Shown here in pieces: positions 47,811 through 49,174 of a stretch of DNA of 49,174 bases. This DNA comes from Candidatus Bathyarchaeia archaeon. Its GTDB lineage: Archaea > Thermoproteota > Bathyarchaeia > Bathyarchaeales > Bathycorpusculaceae. Under the pieces are notes generated by a model. That model did no database searches, had not been told where the DNA came from, and saw only the letters and a program-made list of their open reading frames with translations. Each line of letters starts with the position of its first letter. The stretch's first letter is position 1. Location of the stretch: NCBI GenBank assembly GCA_038883855.1, contig JAVZLH010000008.1:1-49174 (forward strand), given 5' to 3'. Made by a program: the position numbers and the translations under genes.

Positions 47811-48704
47811 CTAAACTCCTTCAACAATTTTCAACAAGTTTCTTATTTCTCTCTTCTCCGCTTCTTCCAACGGCAAAGCTGGCTTGCGCGGATAACCCGC
47901 CGGCAATCCCAATAGTTTCAACGCCTCTTTTATCGCTGAGAGTTGATTGTATTTTTTAACAAGCACATCATTCGCGTAAGCTATCAGTTTCTGCAAACGA
48001 CTAGCCTCTTCATAAGCTCCCCTTTTGAAACTCTCATATAGGCTGGCGCACAATTTTGGAAAAACGTTTGCAACAGCTATCACTGCGCCTTTCCCCCCAT
48101 ACATCAGCGTTGGAAGCGCAACATCCGCTGTCCCAGCCAGAACAGAAATCTTGTCGCCGACCAACCTTATCGTTTCTGCTATTGTGCTCATGTTTCCGCC
48201 GCTGTCTTTAACGCCAACAACATTGCTATATTCAGACGCAAGTCGAGAAATTATTGTTGGCTCCAAAGAGCAGCCCGTAAACTTTGGCACATTGTATAAA
48301 ACTAGGGGAAGGTCAACAGTTTCCAAAACAGTCTTATAATGCTCGTAAATTTCTCTGTTTGAAAGTTTAAAGTAAAAAGGAGTCACAACAAGCGCAGCGT
48401 CAACGCCTAAGTCCTTTGCATCCTTTGTTAATTGGATCGTTTCCCAAGTACTCATGCTACCCGTTCCCGCTACCACAACAACCGAACCATGCGCCTCATC
48501 CATCACAACTTCAAGAATCTTTTTTCTCTCCTCTCTGGAAAGATAAGGCGCTTCCCCATTGCTTCCACAAGGCATTAACCCAGAAACCCCACTTTCTAAC
48601 CAAAATCTTACACACTCTCGAAGCGCCTCTTCATCAATATTACCACCCTCTGAAAAAGGCGTTATATGAGGCACAAATATTCCTTCCAAATTAACTTTCG
48701 GCAT
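47811..48704 (-). CDS. Dihydrodipicolinate synthase family (DapA / class I aldolase)
   Basis: ITPF, GSNGEA, AGTG, LYNVPKFTG and GVKDSGG (Schiff-base Lys) motifs. Confidence 0.9.
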   Translation of the reverse strand: MPKVNLEGIFVPHITPFSEGGNIDEEALRECVRFWLESGVSGLMPCGSNGEAPYLSREERKKILEVVMDEAHGSVVVVAGTGSMSTWETIQLTKDAKDLGVDAALVVTPFYFKLSNREIYEHYKTVLETVDLPLVLYNVPKFTGCSLEPTIISRLASEYSNVVGVKDSGGNMSTIAETIRLVGDKISVLAGTADVALPTLMYGGKGAVIAVANVFPKLCASLYESFKRGAYEEASRLQKLIAYANDVLVKKYNQLSAIKEALKLLGLPAGYPRKPALPLEEAEKREIRNLLKIVEGV

Positions 48705-48792
48705 ATTATCTCCGAAATCTGAAAAACATTTACCACTACATATAATTTATAGTATCAATTCAACTAACATATAATATCTATTTTAGAGATAG

Positions 48793-48810
48793 TGGTGCTC
48801 CGGACGGGAT
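48793..48810 (-). repeat. Isolated tRNA 3'-end fragment (att-like remnant)
   Basis: Minus strand ATCCCGT-CCGGAGC-A-CCA: 3' T-stem, acceptor strand, discriminator and CCA; no upstream tRNA body. Confidence 0.5.
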
Positions 48811-49063
48811 CGGCGCACAAAATTACCGGTAAATATCTGCCGATCATAATTCTGTTAAACGTTATTAACAGTAAAACTGTAAAATGAAGGCATAAGAAAT
48901 TTTTTGTAAAATTAAAAGCGCTAATATCTGTACATCGATAAACACTTGATGAAAACCATTTTTTGATTTTAGCTTTTACATGATATAAAGTATTTCTTTT
49001 TTCCTATATTAATCGATTTTAGCAAATGTTATAAGAGACTTCTTCACTAAAATGAGTGAGTTA

Positions 49064-49174
49064 ATGGGGCGTGTGTTGACGTCGGAAGGGATAATAGTTT
49101 CAGGAGAGGAGGCTTTAAAGGTAGCTGACGCTCTTACCGAATCGAGTTTCCGAATTCTTCAGCTGATTTCTGAG
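49064..49174 (+). CDS. Probable ArsR-family HTH regulator, N-terminal part, runs off window
   Basis: MGRVLTSEGIIVSGEEALKVADALTESSFRILQLISE matches the ArsR N-terminal 'KVAxAL...RILxLL' pattern. Confidence 0.55.
   Translation, partial: MGRVLTSEGIIVSGEEALKVADALTESSFRILQLISE

Noticed and set aside
1-49174. Genome-wide TAG recoding (alternative genetic code)
   Set aside because: Numerous intact genes (pilin, roadblock, phosphoesterase, rpl2, rps19, rpiA) terminate at TAG at their expected ends

Overview
Archaeal chromosomal segment, most likely from a Bathyarchaeia (TACK) genome; this is inferred from gene content (rpoE'/spt4/rps24e/rps27ae/rps6e/eIF2-gamma, Fae-Hps, small Cys-rich proteins) and was not confirmed by a database search. 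Housekeeping blocks: a complete trpEGDCFBA operon, rpl3-rpl4-rpl23-rpl2-rps19, rps6e-eIF2g-PIN-rpoE'-spt4-DPCK-rps24e-rps27ae, RPA, Hsp20, rpiA, pyrE, ahcY plus an MTA/SAH deaminase, and an MgtE + PhoU/TrkA-C pair. There are three tRNAs: Met-CAT (36-nt intron at non-canonical 45/46), Thr-GGT and Leu-TAG. Several decayed genes and two tRNA 3'-end remnants look like old integration scars. Best candidates for undescribed biology: (1) a formaldehyde-activating enzyme/hexulose-6-P synthase carrying an extra N-terminal Fis-like HTH, with five TGTCG repeats over its own promoter, suggesting a self-regulating formaldehyde enzyme; (2) a pilin + prefoldin-like + roadblock-DPBB fusion + roadblock cluster; (3) TrpY-type TRP boxes flanking the trp TATA box. 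No CRISPR array, rRNA or intact transposase/integrase was seen.
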